DNA of 64,000 bases from Candidatus Dojkabacteria bacterium (lineage in GTDB: Bacteria > Patescibacteriota > Dojkabacteria > SC72 > JAFGCJ01). Below are positions 52,806-63,635 of this stretch, one piece after another. The notes beneath the pieces were generated by a model, which ran no database searches, had not been told where the DNA came from, and saw nothing but the letters and a program-made list of their open reading frames with translations. Where the stretch lies: assembly GCA_016932785.1 (NCBI GenBank), contig JAFGCJ010000003.1:104971-168970 (forward strand). The letters run 5' to 3'. The position numbers and the translations under genes are program-made. Each line of letters opens with the position of its first letter. Position 1 is the first letter of the stretch.

Positions 52806-53810
52806 TTAAGGTTGATGGCAGTCAAGACTATCGTTATTATCGATTTCACAAAGTATTGAGGCAACGCCTGCCTCGCCTATAAAAAGTTGCCTTTCCTGTC
52901 CATTAACGATTACTTTCGTAGAAGAAACTTTGCCAGTAATTATATAAACGCTTGTTTCAAAGGTATATTCTATTGGTGTTCCAGGAGAAACTACAGCAGC
53001 AATCTCTTGGTTTCCATCGATTTCAACCTGAATCCAGGCTGCCTCTGGTGATATTGTGATTTTTAAAGTGTTTCCTTCAATATCGCTCTGTGACTCCTGA
53101 CTATCCTGTTCATCATTTGAAGACCTGCTTTCTGGTGCTGTTTCGGACTCTTCGACTGTGTCATCTTGACTCTCTTTAACATACTCAATGTTTCTTGTGA
53201 CTACTGCTTCTTTACCAATATTATCAGGATGTCTGGACTTAACGATGATGGTGTTGGCTCCTTCGCTTAGTGATAATTCAACTTCAAAATGACCATCCTG
53301 AGAGATTTTTACAGCCTCGTCATTAACAGTAACAAACATATCCGGGTCAGTTTTACCTTTCAGTGTAATTTCTGACTCTGTCACGGTGGAATTATTTTCT
53401 GGATCAGTGACCTCAAGAAATGGCGGCTTCTGGAAGTTGTAAAATTGATAGATCAGATATGCCACTGTTGCCAAAGCAAAAAGTGAAACAAGTGAAATAA
53501 TTATAATACTTGGAGTTAGAACAAATTTTGGTTGCTTGATTGGCTTGGGGCCCTTCTCTACAGGTTGAATTGGTGCCTCCCCTACGCTTCTTCTATACAA
53601 TGCTAATACTCTGTGACTGTTAACCCCAAGGAATTTTGCATAGTTCTGCAGAAATCCTTTCGCGTAAACAGAGGAAGGAAATTTTTCGAACTGATTCTTC
53701 TCCAGAGCCTCTAGATAGTGGCGTTGAATTTTCGTTGCAGTAGCAATCTCCTCTAGAGAGTAATTTCTCCTGAGCCTTTCTTTTTTAAGAATTTCACCAG
53801 CCGTTAGCAC
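52806..53810 (-). CDS. RodZ-like cytoskeleton-associated protein (XRE HTH, TM helix, extracytoplasmic domain)
   Basis: LRRNYSLEEIATATKIQRHYLEALEKNQF...YAKGFLQNYAKFLG, then TM IIIISLVSLFALATVAYLIY. GTG start. Confidence 0.7.
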   Translation of the reverse strand: MLTAGEILKKERLRRNYSLEEIATATKIQRHYLEALEKNQFEKFPSSVYAKGFLQNYAKFLGVNSHRVLALYRRSVGEAPIQPVEKGPKPIKQPKFVLTPSIIIISLVSLFALATVAYLIYQFYNFQKPPFLEVTDPENNSTVTESEITLKGKTDPDMFVTVNDEAVKISQDGHFEVELSLSEGANTIIVKSRHPDNIGKEAVVTRNIEYVKESQDDTVEESETAPESRSSNDEQDSQESQSDIEGNTLKITISPEAAWIQVEIDGNQEIAAVVSPGTPIEYTFETSVYIITGKVSSTKVIVNGQERQLFIGEAGVASILCEIDNNDSLDCHQP

Positions 53811-53828
53811 ATTTAAGAGGTATTGAGA

Positions 53829-56036
53829 TTATGTCTCGGATTCTTCCCCAGACAGTTTTGAGAGAAAAGCCTCAGCATCAGAAATCAGTACATCTCTGGG
53901 TTTACTTCCGTCTGCTGGACTCACGACTTTTGCCGCATACAGTTCGTCAATAAGTCTTGCAGCACGATTGTATCCTATTCGTAGTTTTCTTTGTAGTAAT
54001 GATGAGGATGCTTTTCCTGCAGCAACAATAATTCTTACTGCGTCAGGAAATAATTCATCCTCGGAAGCACTTCCGGCTCCGGTTGTAGCTCCCCCAGATC
54101 CCTGAGGTTTAGTCACTTCCTTGTTATAGTCTATGTCTTCAACTTGTGATTTAAGATGACTCGTTACTCTTTCGACCTCCTCAGGTGAGACAAATGCGCC
54201 TTGAATTCTATATGGTCTTGAGACGTCTGGGGCTTTGAATAGCATGTCCCCATATCCAAGAAGGTTTTCAGCTCCTATCATGTCGAGAATGACTCTTGAG
54301 TCTATCGATGTAGCTACATTCATACCGATCCTAGCAGGTATGTTGGCTTTGATTAGGCCTGTTAAAACGTCAACAGAGGGCCTCTGAGTGGCCAAAATGA
54401 GGTGAATTCCGACAGCTCTTGCCATTTGAGCCAGGCGGACAATCTTTGATTCTACGTTCAATCCAGCGGTTAGCATTATGTCTGCCATTTCGTCTACGAC
54501 CAGAATGATATATGGTAGCGCAGGGAATCCCATGGATTTATTGTAGTCTTCGATATTTCTTACTCCTGCTTTGTTTAAGATTCGGAATCTCTGTTGCATT
54601 TCTGTTGTTAGCCACTCTAGTGAATATGCTACCTTTTCAACGTCAGTAATAACGGGTGTTAAAAGATGAGGAATGCCATTGTAAGGCGGAAGTTCTACCA
54701 TTTTGGGATCAACAAGGATAAGCCTTAAATAGTCGGGAGAATAAGTCATTATTAGACCACATAAAAAGGCATTAACACAGACAGATTTCCCTGATCCTGT
54801 TGCTCCTGCAATGAGAATATGGGGCATTTTTGCAAGATCTTTTACAATGGTTTTGCCGGAAACGTCTTTTCCGAACACAAGAGGTAAAATTCTATCCCTG
54901 GACTTCATCTCTTCTGACTCCATTACATCACGTAAAGAAACCATGGAAGATACCTCGCTTGGCATTTCAATGCCTATTAGTGATGTTCCGGGTATGGGGG
55001 CCTCGATTCTTACTGAACCCGATGGGGCTGCGAGGGCTAATGCAAGGTCATTTTGTAGTGCTCTAACTTTTGATACCTTTGTTCCAACAGTAATGCTAAG
55101 GGCGTATTGGACAACTCTGGGACCGACTGAAATCTCAGATACTTTTGCCTGTATCCCAAAGCTTTTTAGAGTATTTTCTATTATTTCAGCCTTTTCTTGA
55201 TGTTTTGCAGGATCGGATTTAACTTTTTTGGTGACAGATAGCAGCTCAGTTGAAGGATTTACCCAGTTGGGATATTTAATTGTTTCCTCTTCAGATGGTG
55301 TTTCTAAGTTGCCTTCTGAAGAATCATCAGTTTTTTTGTGTGTCTCTGTGGATGTCTTAGAGCTTGTATCTTGCATAGAATCTGTTGAATCAAGACCACT
55401 AATCTTTGGCTCTCCCGCATCGGAAGTACCGTCTCCTATGTATTTATTTTCTGCTGTTGCATCAGTTTCGTTGACGCTTTTTTCTGAGTTTACCTTTATA
55501 TCTTTGTTTTTCTTGAGTAAAGAAAAGGCTTTTTTGATACCCTCTTTAATCTGATCCCACGATGTGTCTGTTATCAATATTATTGCTATTGATGTAGCGA
55601 TTACCAGTAATACAATTCCTATAAACCTTCCAAATGAGCTTATTAAAAAATTGCTTAAATAGTACCCGAGATATCCTCCGCCATTACCCTGTTCTGCAGA
55701 AGATAAAGAAAGGGTCGTTGGAATTATAAAGTGTGAAATTGCTGATATCACCGATGTTAGAACGGTTATACCTGTTATTATCTTAAAGCCGTTTATTCTT
55801 GACTTGTAACCCAGGATAGTTGTTCCCAAAAGGATAAATACTAGTCCTCCGGGTATGGAGCCTATTCCCAGAGGTTTTTTCACAAATAGAAAAAAGCTGC
55901 CATCTATAAACTGAGAGAGTATTAGAGAAACTCCTAAGGCTATTGTTAAGACACCAAAAATTATTCTGGTCTCTCTGCTTTGAATTGTAAGACCTTTAGA
56001 TTTGGGTGGTCGGCCACGCTTTTTCTTTTTAGCCAT
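53829..56036 (-). CDS. ftsK: DNA translocase FtsK/SpoIIIE
   Basis: N-terminal TM helices, Walker A GATGSGKS, Walker B VVDEMADI and a C-terminal gamma domain (SSLLQRKLRIGYNRAARLIDEL). Confidence 0.95.
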   Translation of the reverse strand: MAKKKKRGRPPKSKGLTIQSRETRIIFGVLTIALGVSLILSQFIDGSFFLFVKKPLGIGSIPGGLVFILLGTTILGYKSRINGFKIITGITVLTSVISAISHFIIPTTLSLSSAEQGNGGGYLGYYLSNFLISSFGRFIGIVLLVIATSIAIILITDTSWDQIKEGIKKAFSLLKKNKDIKVNSEKSVNETDATAENKYIGDGTSDAGEPKISGLDSTDSMQDTSSKTSTETHKKTDDSSEGNLETPSEEETIKYPNWVNPSTELLSVTKKVKSDPAKHQEKAEIIENTLKSFGIQAKVSEISVGPRVVQYALSITVGTKVSKVRALQNDLALALAAPSGSVRIEAPIPGTSLIGIEMPSEVSSMVSLRDVMESEEMKSRDRILPLVFGKDVSGKTIVKDLAKMPHILIAGATGSGKSVCVNAFLCGLIMTYSPDYLRLILVDPKMVELPPYNGIPHLLTPVITDVEKVAYSLEWLTTEMQQRFRILNKAGVRNIEDYNKSMGFPALPYIILVVDEMADIMLTAGLNVESKIVRLAQMARAVGIHLILATQRPSVDVLTGLIKANIPARIGMNVATSIDSRVILDMIGAENLLGYGDMLFKAPDVSRPYRIQGAFVSPEEVERVTSHLKSQVEDIDYNKEVTKPQGSGGATTGAGSASEDELFPDAVRIIVAAGKASSSLLQRKLRIGYNRAARLIDELYAAKVVSPADGSKPRDVLISDAEAFLSKLSGEESET

Positions 56037-56283
56037 GACCCAATTGTATTAAAAGGGATAATCTTTTGCAATCAAGAGGCTGTTAAGTGTTTCACGGAAG
56101 GCAATTAATAGGGGTTGAATTTATCATTTTTTTGTGGCACGATATTAGTGTATTAAACCGGCCAATTCATTTGTTGACAAGTGCCGGTGTATATGATACT
56201 ATTCTGCGAGTTTTCCGGAAATTCCTATAACAATAATGTTTTTTGCTCGCGAAGTTTCTTAAAACAGATTTTTACAGAGAATA

Positions 56284-56311
56284 GGCTCCTATAGAGTGAG
56301 CCGTTTTTTTT
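56284..56311 (+). terminator. Terminator-like hairpin plus T8 tract inside the rpoB 5' leader (possible attenuator)
   Basis: GGCTC-CTATAGAGT-GAGCC followed by GTTTTTTTT, 29 nt before the rpoB ATG. A TTGACA-17-TACTAT promoter-like sequence lies about 110 nt upstream (about 56174-56202). The stem is only 5 bp. Confidence 0.4.
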
Positions 56312-56339
56312 GATATTTGTTATATTAATAGGACAATTT

Positions 56340-59300
56340 ATGTTTAAACCAAGAGTAAATTCCGCTGGGAGGTTAGACTTAGGTCTTTCAGAAAGAATAC
56401 TTCCCCCTCCAAACCTTATAGAGGCTCAAAAGAAGTCTTATGAATGGTTTAAAAAAGAAGGAATGGATACGCTTTTTGATGAGATTAATCCTGTCTCTGA
56501 TACTTTGGGGAGGATGTGGGATCTTGAGTTTTCTGATTTCGAATTTGGTGATCCTAATCGCACTCCGGAAGAAGCCATTATTAAGAGTTCAACTTATGAT
56601 GCTCCCTTGTATGCTAAGGTTAAGCTAACCAGCAAGAAGACAGGCGAAATTAAGGAGCAGAAGATGTTTGTAGCTGATTTCCCCCTCATGACCCCGAGGG
56701 GGTATTTTATTTTCAACGGTATTACAAAGACAGTTGTTCATCAGATCGTTCGTTCTGAGGGTGTTCTGTTCGAGGAGAGTAAAATCAGTACAGCAGATAA
56801 GAGGCTCTATTTTGCGAGGTTAATGCCTATGAGAGGACCCTGGTTTGAATTTGAGGTTAGCAAATATTACACAATGGCTGTAAGACTTGTTAACAAGAGA
56901 CCAAAGATACTTGTAACTACACTTTTGCGAGCTTTCGGCTTTTCGGGCGATGATGAAATTAGGAAATTGTTCCAGGATGTGCTTGGTATGGATAAGGATT
57001 TGATCGAGGCAACTCTTGAAAAGGATCCAACCAGCAATAGGGAGCAAGCCGTCATACATATATATAGCAAAATTCGGCCTGATGAATCTGTAACAATTGA
57101 GTCTGCAGAGAAATATATTAAAGGTTTCTTTTTCAATCAAAGAAGATTTGATTTGGGTAAGGTTGGCAGGTATCAGCTTAATAAAAAGTTAGGGCTTGAT
57201 TATGATATGAAGCCCGAGAATTATCGACTTTTTATTGACGACATTATTGCCGTTATTAAAGCATTAGTGGAGATTCACAATGGTAAGAGAAAACCTGATG
57301 ATATTGATCATTTAGGAAACAGGAGAATTAGAAGTGTAGGAGAGATTATTAGTGATGAACTTCGTGTTGGTATAAGGAGAATGGAGAAGACCATTAGGGA
57401 TAGGATGAGTATGCATGGCGAGGATGCTAGAGTAACACCGTCTATGCTTGTAAGCACAAGACCAATAGCAGCTGCAATTAATAGTATGTTTGGTACTGGT
57501 CAGTTGTCCAGGTTCATGGATCAGGACAATATTCTAGGAGAGATTGAGCATAAACGGGAGGTTACTGCAAGCGGTCCCAAGGGTCTTACCAAGGAGAGAG
57601 CAACTTTCTCTGTAAGAGATGTTCATTTCTCTCATTACTCAAGGTTTTGCCCTGTCACTACACCTGAAGGTCAATCAATTGGTGTTGTTGTTCATCTTGC
57701 TCTTTACGCTAGGGTCAATGACTACGGATTTATTGAAGCACCGTATAGGAAAGTACTTCAGGAGGCAAAAAATAATAAAACGTCATTACTGAATAGAATT
57801 CCTATTGATGATGTTAAAAACCCTAAGACGGGTAAAGTTCTTGCAAATGCTGGAGAACTTATCGACGAAAAAACTGCAGACAAGATTTCAAAAGTTAAAG
57901 AGATTAAGAAAATTTCCGTCATCTCGTACAAGACTGATGACGTGATTTATGTTTCACCTTCTGATGAAGATAAATATGTTGTGACAATGTCTACTGTTGA
58001 TATGGATGAACATGGAAACCTTATTGGAAAGTTGGTTTCAGCTAGAGCGGAGGGCCATTTCTATATGAAACCTGTTCAAGAGGTTCAACTGATTGACGTT
58101 GTTCCTTCTCAAGTCTGTGGACTTGGTTTATCTTGCATACCATTTATTCCTCAGGATACTTCTGAGCGTGCATTAATGGGTTCTAACATGCAAAGACAGG
58201 CTGTTCCTTTAGTCAAAAATGAGTCTCCAATTGTAGGTACAGGCTATGGAGAGCTTGTCGCACGTCAATCGGGTTGGGCGACATACGCAGAAGAGGATGG
58301 GGAAATCACTTATGTCGATGCAGGTCAAGTCAGGGTTAGATATAAGGGTAAGAAAAAGGAAGAAACATACGATATTACTACTTTCCAGAGTACTAATCAG
58401 GACACCTGTTTTACTCAAAAGCCTGCTGTTGATCTTGGACAAAAAGTAAAAAAAGGTGAGCTTCTAGTTGATGGTCCAAGCATGCAGAACGGTGAATTAG
58501 CCTTAGGTACAAATCTTCTTGCTGCATACATGATTTTTGACGGTTATGTATATGAGGATGGTTTTCTTATATCTGAAAGACTTGTTAAGGACGATGCTTT
58601 AACTTCTATTCATATAAAGAAGTATGAGCAGAATATTCAGGAAACAGAGCTTGGACCTGAGATTCTTACAAATGACATTCCAAATGTTAGCGAGAGAACT
58701 CTTCGGAATTTAGATGAGCGAGGTATTGTCAGAGTCGGTGCGCGTGTCCAATCACAAGATGTTCTTGTGGGAACGATCGCTCCCCGTGGTGAAAAAGAGC
58801 TCACCTCTGAGGAAAGGCTTCTTAGAGCTATTTTTGGGGAACATGCACGAGAGGTTAGAGACAACTCACTTCGTGTTCCTCATGGTCAAAGCGGTGTTGT
58901 AATAAATACACAGGTTTTATCTATTGATGAGGGGGATAAGCTACCTGCTGGAGTGATTCATCAGGTAAATGTGTGGGTTGCTCAGACAAAGAAAATTGCA
59001 CTTGGTGACAAACTTGCTGGAAGACATGGAGATAAAGGAACAGTTTCTGCCGTTTTACCGGTTGAGGATATGCCATTCCTTGAGGATGGGACTCCGCTGG
59101 ATATTATCATCAGCCCTATTTTGATAAAAAGAATGAATATAGGTCAGCTCATGGAGGTTAAATTTGCCAAACTTGCAAAAGAACTTGGAATAAAGATTTC
59201 CATACCTAACTTTGAGGAATCAAATATTCAGTGGCTCTATGATGAATGTGAGAAGAACGGTATTGATACAAACGAACGTGTCACTCTCTATGACGGACGT

Positions 59301-59726
59301 ACAGGTAAAAGATTCCCGAGACCTGTTAAGGTTGGGCCAAAATATACTAACAAGCTTAAGCACATTGCTGATACGAAGATACACGCTCGATCAACCGGTC
59401 CTTACACACTTGTTACACAGCAGCCTCTCGGAGGTAAGGCGCAAATGGGAGGCCAGAGATTTGGAGAAATGGAAGTTTGGGCACTGGAGGCTCATGGGAC
59501 AGCGAATATTCTACAAGAGATGCTTACTATTAAATCAGATGATGTAAAAGGTAGATCAGATGCTTATAAGGCAATTATCCATGGTGAAAAAATTGAGACT
59601 GTAACTACACCGGAGTCATTTAAAGTTCTTATAAGAGAGTTGAATGCTCTTTCGCTAAATATCGATCTAATTTATAAAAAGACCGAAGAGGAAGATGAAC
59701 CAGACGCAGAACAAAAGGATGAATAA
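56340..59726 (+). CDS. rpoB: DNA-directed RNA polymerase beta subunit
   Basis: Canonical motifs throughout (GRYQLNKKLG, NMQRQAVP, GDKLAGRHGDKG, GGQRFGEMEVWALEAHG). The start is most likely ATG 56340 (MFKPRVNS) rather than the TTG at 56310, which lies in the T-tract. Confidence 0.97.
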   Translation: MFKPRVNSAGRLDLGLSERILPPPNLIEAQKKSYEWFKKEGMDTLFDEINPVSDTLGRMWDLEFSDFEFGDPNRTPEEAIIKSSTYDAPLYAKVKLTSKKTGEIKEQKMFVADFPLMTPRGYFIFNGITKTVVHQIVRSEGVLFEESKISTADKRLYFARLMPMRGPWFEFEVSKYYTMAVRLVNKRPKILVTTLLRAFGFSGDDEIRKLFQDVLGMDKDLIEATLEKDPTSNREQAVIHIYSKIRPDESVTIESAEKYIKGFFFNQRRFDLGKVGRYQLNKKLGLDYDMKPENYRLFIDDIIAVIKALVEIHNGKRKPDDIDHLGNRRIRSVGEIISDELRVGIRRMEKTIRDRMSMHGEDARVTPSMLVSTRPIAAAINSMFGTGQLSRFMDQDNILGEIEHKREVTASGPKGLTKERATFSVRDVHFSHYSRFCPVTTPEGQSIGVVVHLALYARVNDYGFIEAPYRKVLQEAKNNKTSLLNRIPIDDVKNPKTGKVLANAGELIDEKTADKISKVKEIKKISVISYKTDDVIYVSPSDEDKYVVTMSTVDMDEHGNLIGKLVSARAEGHFYMKPVQEVQLIDVVPSQVCGLGLSCIPFIPQDTSERALMGSNMQRQAVPLVKNESPIVGTGYGELVARQSGWATYAEEDGEITYVDAGQVRVRYKGKKKEETYDITTFQSTNQDTCFTQKPAVDLGQKVKKGELLVDGPSMQNGELALGTNLLAAYMIFDGYVYEDGFLISERLVKDDALTSIHIKKYEQNIQETELGPEILTNDIPNVSERTLRNLDERGIVRVGARVQSQDVLVGTIAPRGEKELTSEERLLRAIFGEHAREVRDNSLRVPHGQSGVVINTQVLSIDEGDKLPAGVIHQVNVWVAQTKKIALGDKLAGRHGDKGTVSAVLPVEDMPFLEDGTPLDIIISPILIKRMNIGQLMEVKFAKLAKELGIKISIPNFEESNIQWLYDECEKNGIDTNERVTLYDGRTGKRFPRPVKVGPKYTNKLKHIADTKIHARSTGPYTLVTQQPLGGKAQMGGQRFGEMEVWALEAHGTANILQEMLTIKSDDVKGRSDAYKAIIHGEKIETVTTPESFKVLIRELNALSLNIDLIYKKTEEEDEPDAEQKDE

Positions 59727-62700
59727 CAATAGAAGGTACCAGGACTTCACTTCTTTGAAGATTACTTTGGCATCGCCAGATCAGATTTTGGCTTGGTCTC
59801 ACGGCGAAGTAACAAAGGCTGAGACTATTAACTATCGTACTCTGAAACCAGAGGTAGATGGTCTCATGTGTGAAAAGATCTTTGGACCTACCCAAAACTA
59901 TCAATGTTACTGTGGGAAATACAGAAAGGTTCGATATAAGGGGATTATATGTGATAAATGTGGAGTTGAAGTAACAAGCAATAAGGTAAGAAGAGAAAGA
60001 ATGGGGCATATTAAGCTTGCAGTCCCTGTCACTCATGTGTGGTTCTCATACAGTATACCTAATAAGATTTCCATAATTCTGGATATTCCTCAGAAGAGAT
60101 TGCTTTCTGTTGTTTATTACACGAGATATATGATTACTGAGGTTGATAATCAGCGCAAAAAGGAGATAATTCCGATAATTCATCAGGAACTTGATACAAA
60201 GAAGAAGGAATTAGATGCTGAGTTGAAATCTCGTATTGCTGAACTCGAGAAAGGTCTTGATGATGAGTCGAAGAAAATTAAGAAACAAGTCAAAGATGAG
60301 GTAAAGGCCGAGTTCAAAATTGAGACACTGACAAATGATCATAAGAAATCAATTGCAAAGTTACATAAGGAATATGCAGAGAGAGAGGAAGAAACTGAAA
60401 GAGAATACAACGATCTTGAGAAGCTTGTCGAAAGAATCAAGATTGGTGAGGTGCTTACTGAAGATGAGATTATTTTACTAAGAGAAAAGAATTTTGTTTT
60501 CTTTTCGGCGAAGATGGGAGCAGAGGCAATTAGAGAACTTTTATCAGTCCTTGATCTAAAAAGTATTTCCAGAAAAATCAAGAAAGCAATTTCTAGTACA
60601 CAGTCTTCTGCCAAGAGGGCTAGACTTATCGCAAGGGCCAGACTTATCAGTGGTATGCTTGAAAATAATTTAAGGCCCGAATGGATGGTACTTGATGTAT
60701 TACCGGTAATTCCTCCTGATTTGAGGCCGATTATTCAGCTTCCTGGTGGTAAATTTGCAACTTCGGATCTTAACGATCTATATAGGCGGGTTATTAATAG
60801 AAATAACAGACTTAAGAGGTTGATACAGATTGGTGCACCTGAGGTTATTTTGAGGAATGAAAAGAGAATGCTTCAAGAGGCTGTTGACGCTCTTATAGAT
60901 AATAGTCACAGACCGAACAAACCGTTTATTAACCTGAGGAGAATGCCATATAAAGCATTAACAGATAACCTTCGTGGAAAGAAGGGTCGTTTTAGAAGGA
61001 ATCTTCTTGGCAAGAGGGTCGACTATTCCGGACGTTCTGTAATAATAGGTTCTTCAACTTTGACTCTTAACCAGTGTGGTTTACCCAAGACAATGGTCCT
61101 TGAAATGCTGAAACCGTTCGTTATTCGGCATCTTATTGATAACGAGGATGCACCAAATATTCGTGTAGCCAAGCAGATAATAGATGATATGGAACCTATT
61201 GTTTGGGATATTCTTGAGGAGTTAATAAAGGACAGACCGGTACTTTTGAATCGTGCTCCTACTCTTCATAAACAGAGTATCCAAGCTTTTTATCCTGTTC
61301 TTATTGAAGGTAATGCCATAAGAATTCATCCGTTGATCTGCGCTGGGTATAATGCTGACTTCGATGGTGACCAGATGGCTGTTCATGTACCTCTGACCGA
61401 TGAAGCAGTGAAGGAAGCCAAGGAGATAATGCTTGCTCAGTACAATATTATAAGTCAGGCCGATGGGAGTATTCTTGCTATACCGGCAAAAGATATGGTT
61501 ATTGGTATTTATCTTCTTACTGCTCTTGAGGAAGAGGGTGAACCTATTACAGCGTTTTCAAGTGTGAACAGAGCGATCTCTTCGTATGATGTGGGTGAAA
61601 TAACAATCTCGCAGAAGATTCTTGTTGATATTAAGGGAGAAACAGTAGAAACTTCAGTTGGAAGACTTATTTTTAATGAGACTCTACCTGATGATTATAA
61701 ATTTGTTAATGACCAAGTAGATAAATCTATTCTTGCTGATGTAATCAAAGATATTGTTAGAAACTATCCACTCGAAACGGCAGTGCAGGTTTTGGATGGC
61801 TTGAAGTATCTTGGGTTTAAATATGCAACTGATCTTGTTTATGATCTTGCTGTCGAAGACTTTGAAATTGACGTTGATAGAGAAGAGCTTCTTGACAAGG
61901 GTAATCAGAAAGAGCTCCAGCTGCAGGAGGATTATATGATGGGTCTTTTGACCTATGATGAAAAAAGACAGCTAAGTATTGACATGTGGAATTCAATAAC
62001 CTCTGAAATGAGTGATAAGATTTGGGAGAGGATAGAGCCTGATAATCGTGTGTTTCAACAGATCAAGTCAGGCGCTGCAAAATATCCCGACCAGGCACGT
62101 CAGATTATTGCTATGAAAGGAATGATCCGTGATCCACGAGGAGATTGGGTAGAGCTTCCAATTCAAGGAAATCACAATATCGGGTTGTCAGCATTTGAAT
62201 ATTTTGCGGCAAGTCGAGGTGGTAGAAAAGGTCTAGCTGATACGGCTTTGCGTACTGCAAGTAGTGGCTATTTAACAAGGAAACTTGTTGATGTAGCACA
62301 GGATGTCATTATCAGAACAGAGGATTGTGGTACAAAATCCCCTGGACATACCATTGTTCGTGATGACGAAATGGTTTCAAGGAGAATCCCGTTTGTTGAA
62401 CTAATCCATGGAAGATGGACAGCGGATACGGTTAGGGATCCTAAGACTGATAAGGTAATTGCTAAAGCAAACCAGGAGATTGATTTAGAGCTTGCAAATA
62501 AAATAGACAAGGCTGGTGTTCAGAGTATTAGTGTTCGCTCGCCTTTAACCTGTGAGTGCCCACTGGGTATATGTGCGAAATGCTATGGATACGATATAGG
62601 AAAGAACCAACTCGTTGATATTGGTAAGGCTGTTGGTGTTATAGCGGCACAATCTATGGGTGAGCCGGCAACACAGATGGTCCTGAGAACCTTCCATACC

Positions 62701-63630
62701 GGGGGAGCTGTTGAGACTGATATTACGCGTGGTCTTCCACGTTTGAGTGAGCTTTTTGAGGCAAGGTTTCCTAAGAAAGCTGCTTTCATAATGCCTTTTG
62801 ATGGCAAAGTTTCTGTTGAAGAGTTTGAGGATGGTACCTATAAAGTAGTCATAAAAGGTAAGCAGGATAAGACAAGGATTTTCTATCTGGACGATATAAA
62901 AGAGGTTCAGGTTAAAGATGGTGATACTGTGAAGGATGGTCAGGTTTTGTATGTATCGAAAGATAATAAGGAACATCAAGCCTCCTTTGCGGGTAAGGTT
63001 TCGATAATTGGTGATTTGCTCGAGCTTACAGGGAAGGTTGAGACCGTAGAAGAGCTTAAAATTCCTTCAATTTATAAGGTTGTTGTAGAGGACAAGGCTG
63101 AGTTAAAGGCAGGAGAGAGCATAACAGATGGTAATATTGATCCAAAGACTTTCTCTGAAGTTGTAGGGCTTCTTCCCGCACTAGAATATGTTATCGATGG
63201 AGTACAGAGGGTATATACGGAACAGGGTATATCGATGGACGACAAGCATATAGAGTGTATAGCCAGGCAGATGGGAAGAATGTCTAAAGTTATTGCCCCT
63301 GGGGACACTGATTACCTAATTGGATCGTTTGTAAACAAACATATTGCTGTTGTTAAAAATAATAATCTTTTGAAAGAGAGCAAGAAACCTTCATATCTTG
63401 GTGATCAACTTTTAGGTATAACATCTGCATCTCTTAAGACTGAGAGCTTCCTTTCAGCTATGTCTTTCCAGGAGCAGGTCCGTGTTCTCACTGAGGCATC
63501 GTTACTTGGAAAGGTCGATTATTTGCGTGGTCTCAAGGAAAATGTTATTATAGGCCGTCCAATCCCGACAGGTGAGGATGCGCGAATTGATGATTTCTCA
63601 GCCCTAGAAGAATTTAGTAGTAAATATTAA
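59719..63630 (+). CDS. rpoC: DNA-directed RNA polymerase beta' subunit
   Basis: Zn motif [23 protein letters not shown] and catalytic NADFDGDQM. The likely start ATG 59719 overlaps the rpoB stop by 8 nt; the track start at 59695 is also possible. Confidence 0.97.
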   Translation: MNNNRRYQDFTSLKITLASPDQILAWSHGEVTKAETINYRTLKPEVDGLMCEKIFGPTQNYQCYCGKYRKVRYKGIICDKCGVEVTSNKVRRERMGHIKLAVPVTHVWFSYSIPNKISIILDIPQKRLLSVVYYTRYMITEVDNQRKKEIIPIIHQELDTKKKELDAELKSRIAELEKGLDDESKKIKKQVKDEVKAEFKIETLTNDHKKSIAKLHKEYAEREEETEREYNDLEKLVERIKIGEVLTEDEIILLREKNFVFFSAKMGAEAIRELLSVLDLKSISRKIKKAISSTQSSAKRARLIARARLISGMLENNLRPEWMVLDVLPVIPPDLRPIIQLPGGKFATSDLNDLYRRVINRNNRLKRLIQIGAPEVILRNEKRMLQEAVDALIDNSHRPNKPFINLRRMPYKALTDNLRGKKGRFRRNLLGKRVDYSGRSVIIGSSTLTLNQCGLPKTMVLEMLKPFVIRHLIDNEDAPNIRVAKQIIDDMEPIVWDILEELIKDRPVLLNRAPTLHKQSIQAFYPVLIEGNAIRIHPLICAGYNADFDGDQMAVHVPLTDEAVKEAKEIMLAQYNIISQADGSILAIPAKDMVIGIYLLTALEEEGEPITAFSSVNRAISSYDVGEITISQKILVDIKGETVETSVGRLIFNETLPDDYKFVNDQVDKSILADVIKDIVRNYPLETAVQVLDGLKYLGFKYATDLVYDLAVEDFEIDVDREELLDKGNQKELQLQEDYMMGLLTYDEKRQLSIDMWNSITSEMSDKIWERIEPDNRVFQQIKSGAAKYPDQARQIIAMKGMIRDPRGDWVELPIQGNHNIGLSAFEYFAASRGGRKGLADTALRTASSGYLTRKLVDVAQDVIIRTEDCGTKSPGHTIVRDDEMVSRRIPFVELIHGRWTADTVRDPKTDKVIAKANQEIDLELANKIDKAGVQSISVRSPLTCECPLGICAKCYGYDIGKNQLVDIGKAVGVIAAQSMGEPATQMVLRTFHTGGAVETDITRGLPRLSELFEARFPKKAAFIMPFDGKVSVEEFEDGTYKVVIKGKQDKTRIFYLDDIKEVQVKDGDTVKDGQVLYVSKDNKEHQASFAGKVSIIGDLLELTGKVETVEELKIPSIYKVVVEDKAELKAGESITDGNIDPKTFSEVVGLLPALEYVIDGVQRVYTEQGISMDDKHIECIARQMGRMSKVIAPGDTDYLIGSFVNKHIAVVKNNNLLKESKKPSYLGDQLLGITSASLKTESFLSAMSFQEQVRVLTEASLLGKVDYLRGLKENVIIGRPIPTGEDARIDDFSALEEFSSKY

Positions 63631-63635
63631 AGAAT

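Noticed and set aside
56310-56339. Upstream alternative starts from the ORF track: TTG 56310 for rpoB, 17141 for jag, 41712 for the zinc-ribbon protein, 34013 for the exported protein and 2813 for the surface protein.
   Set aside because: The N-terminal extensions are not conserved-looking. They overlap upstream genes or the T-tract, and internal ATG codons give canonical N-termini or signal peptides.
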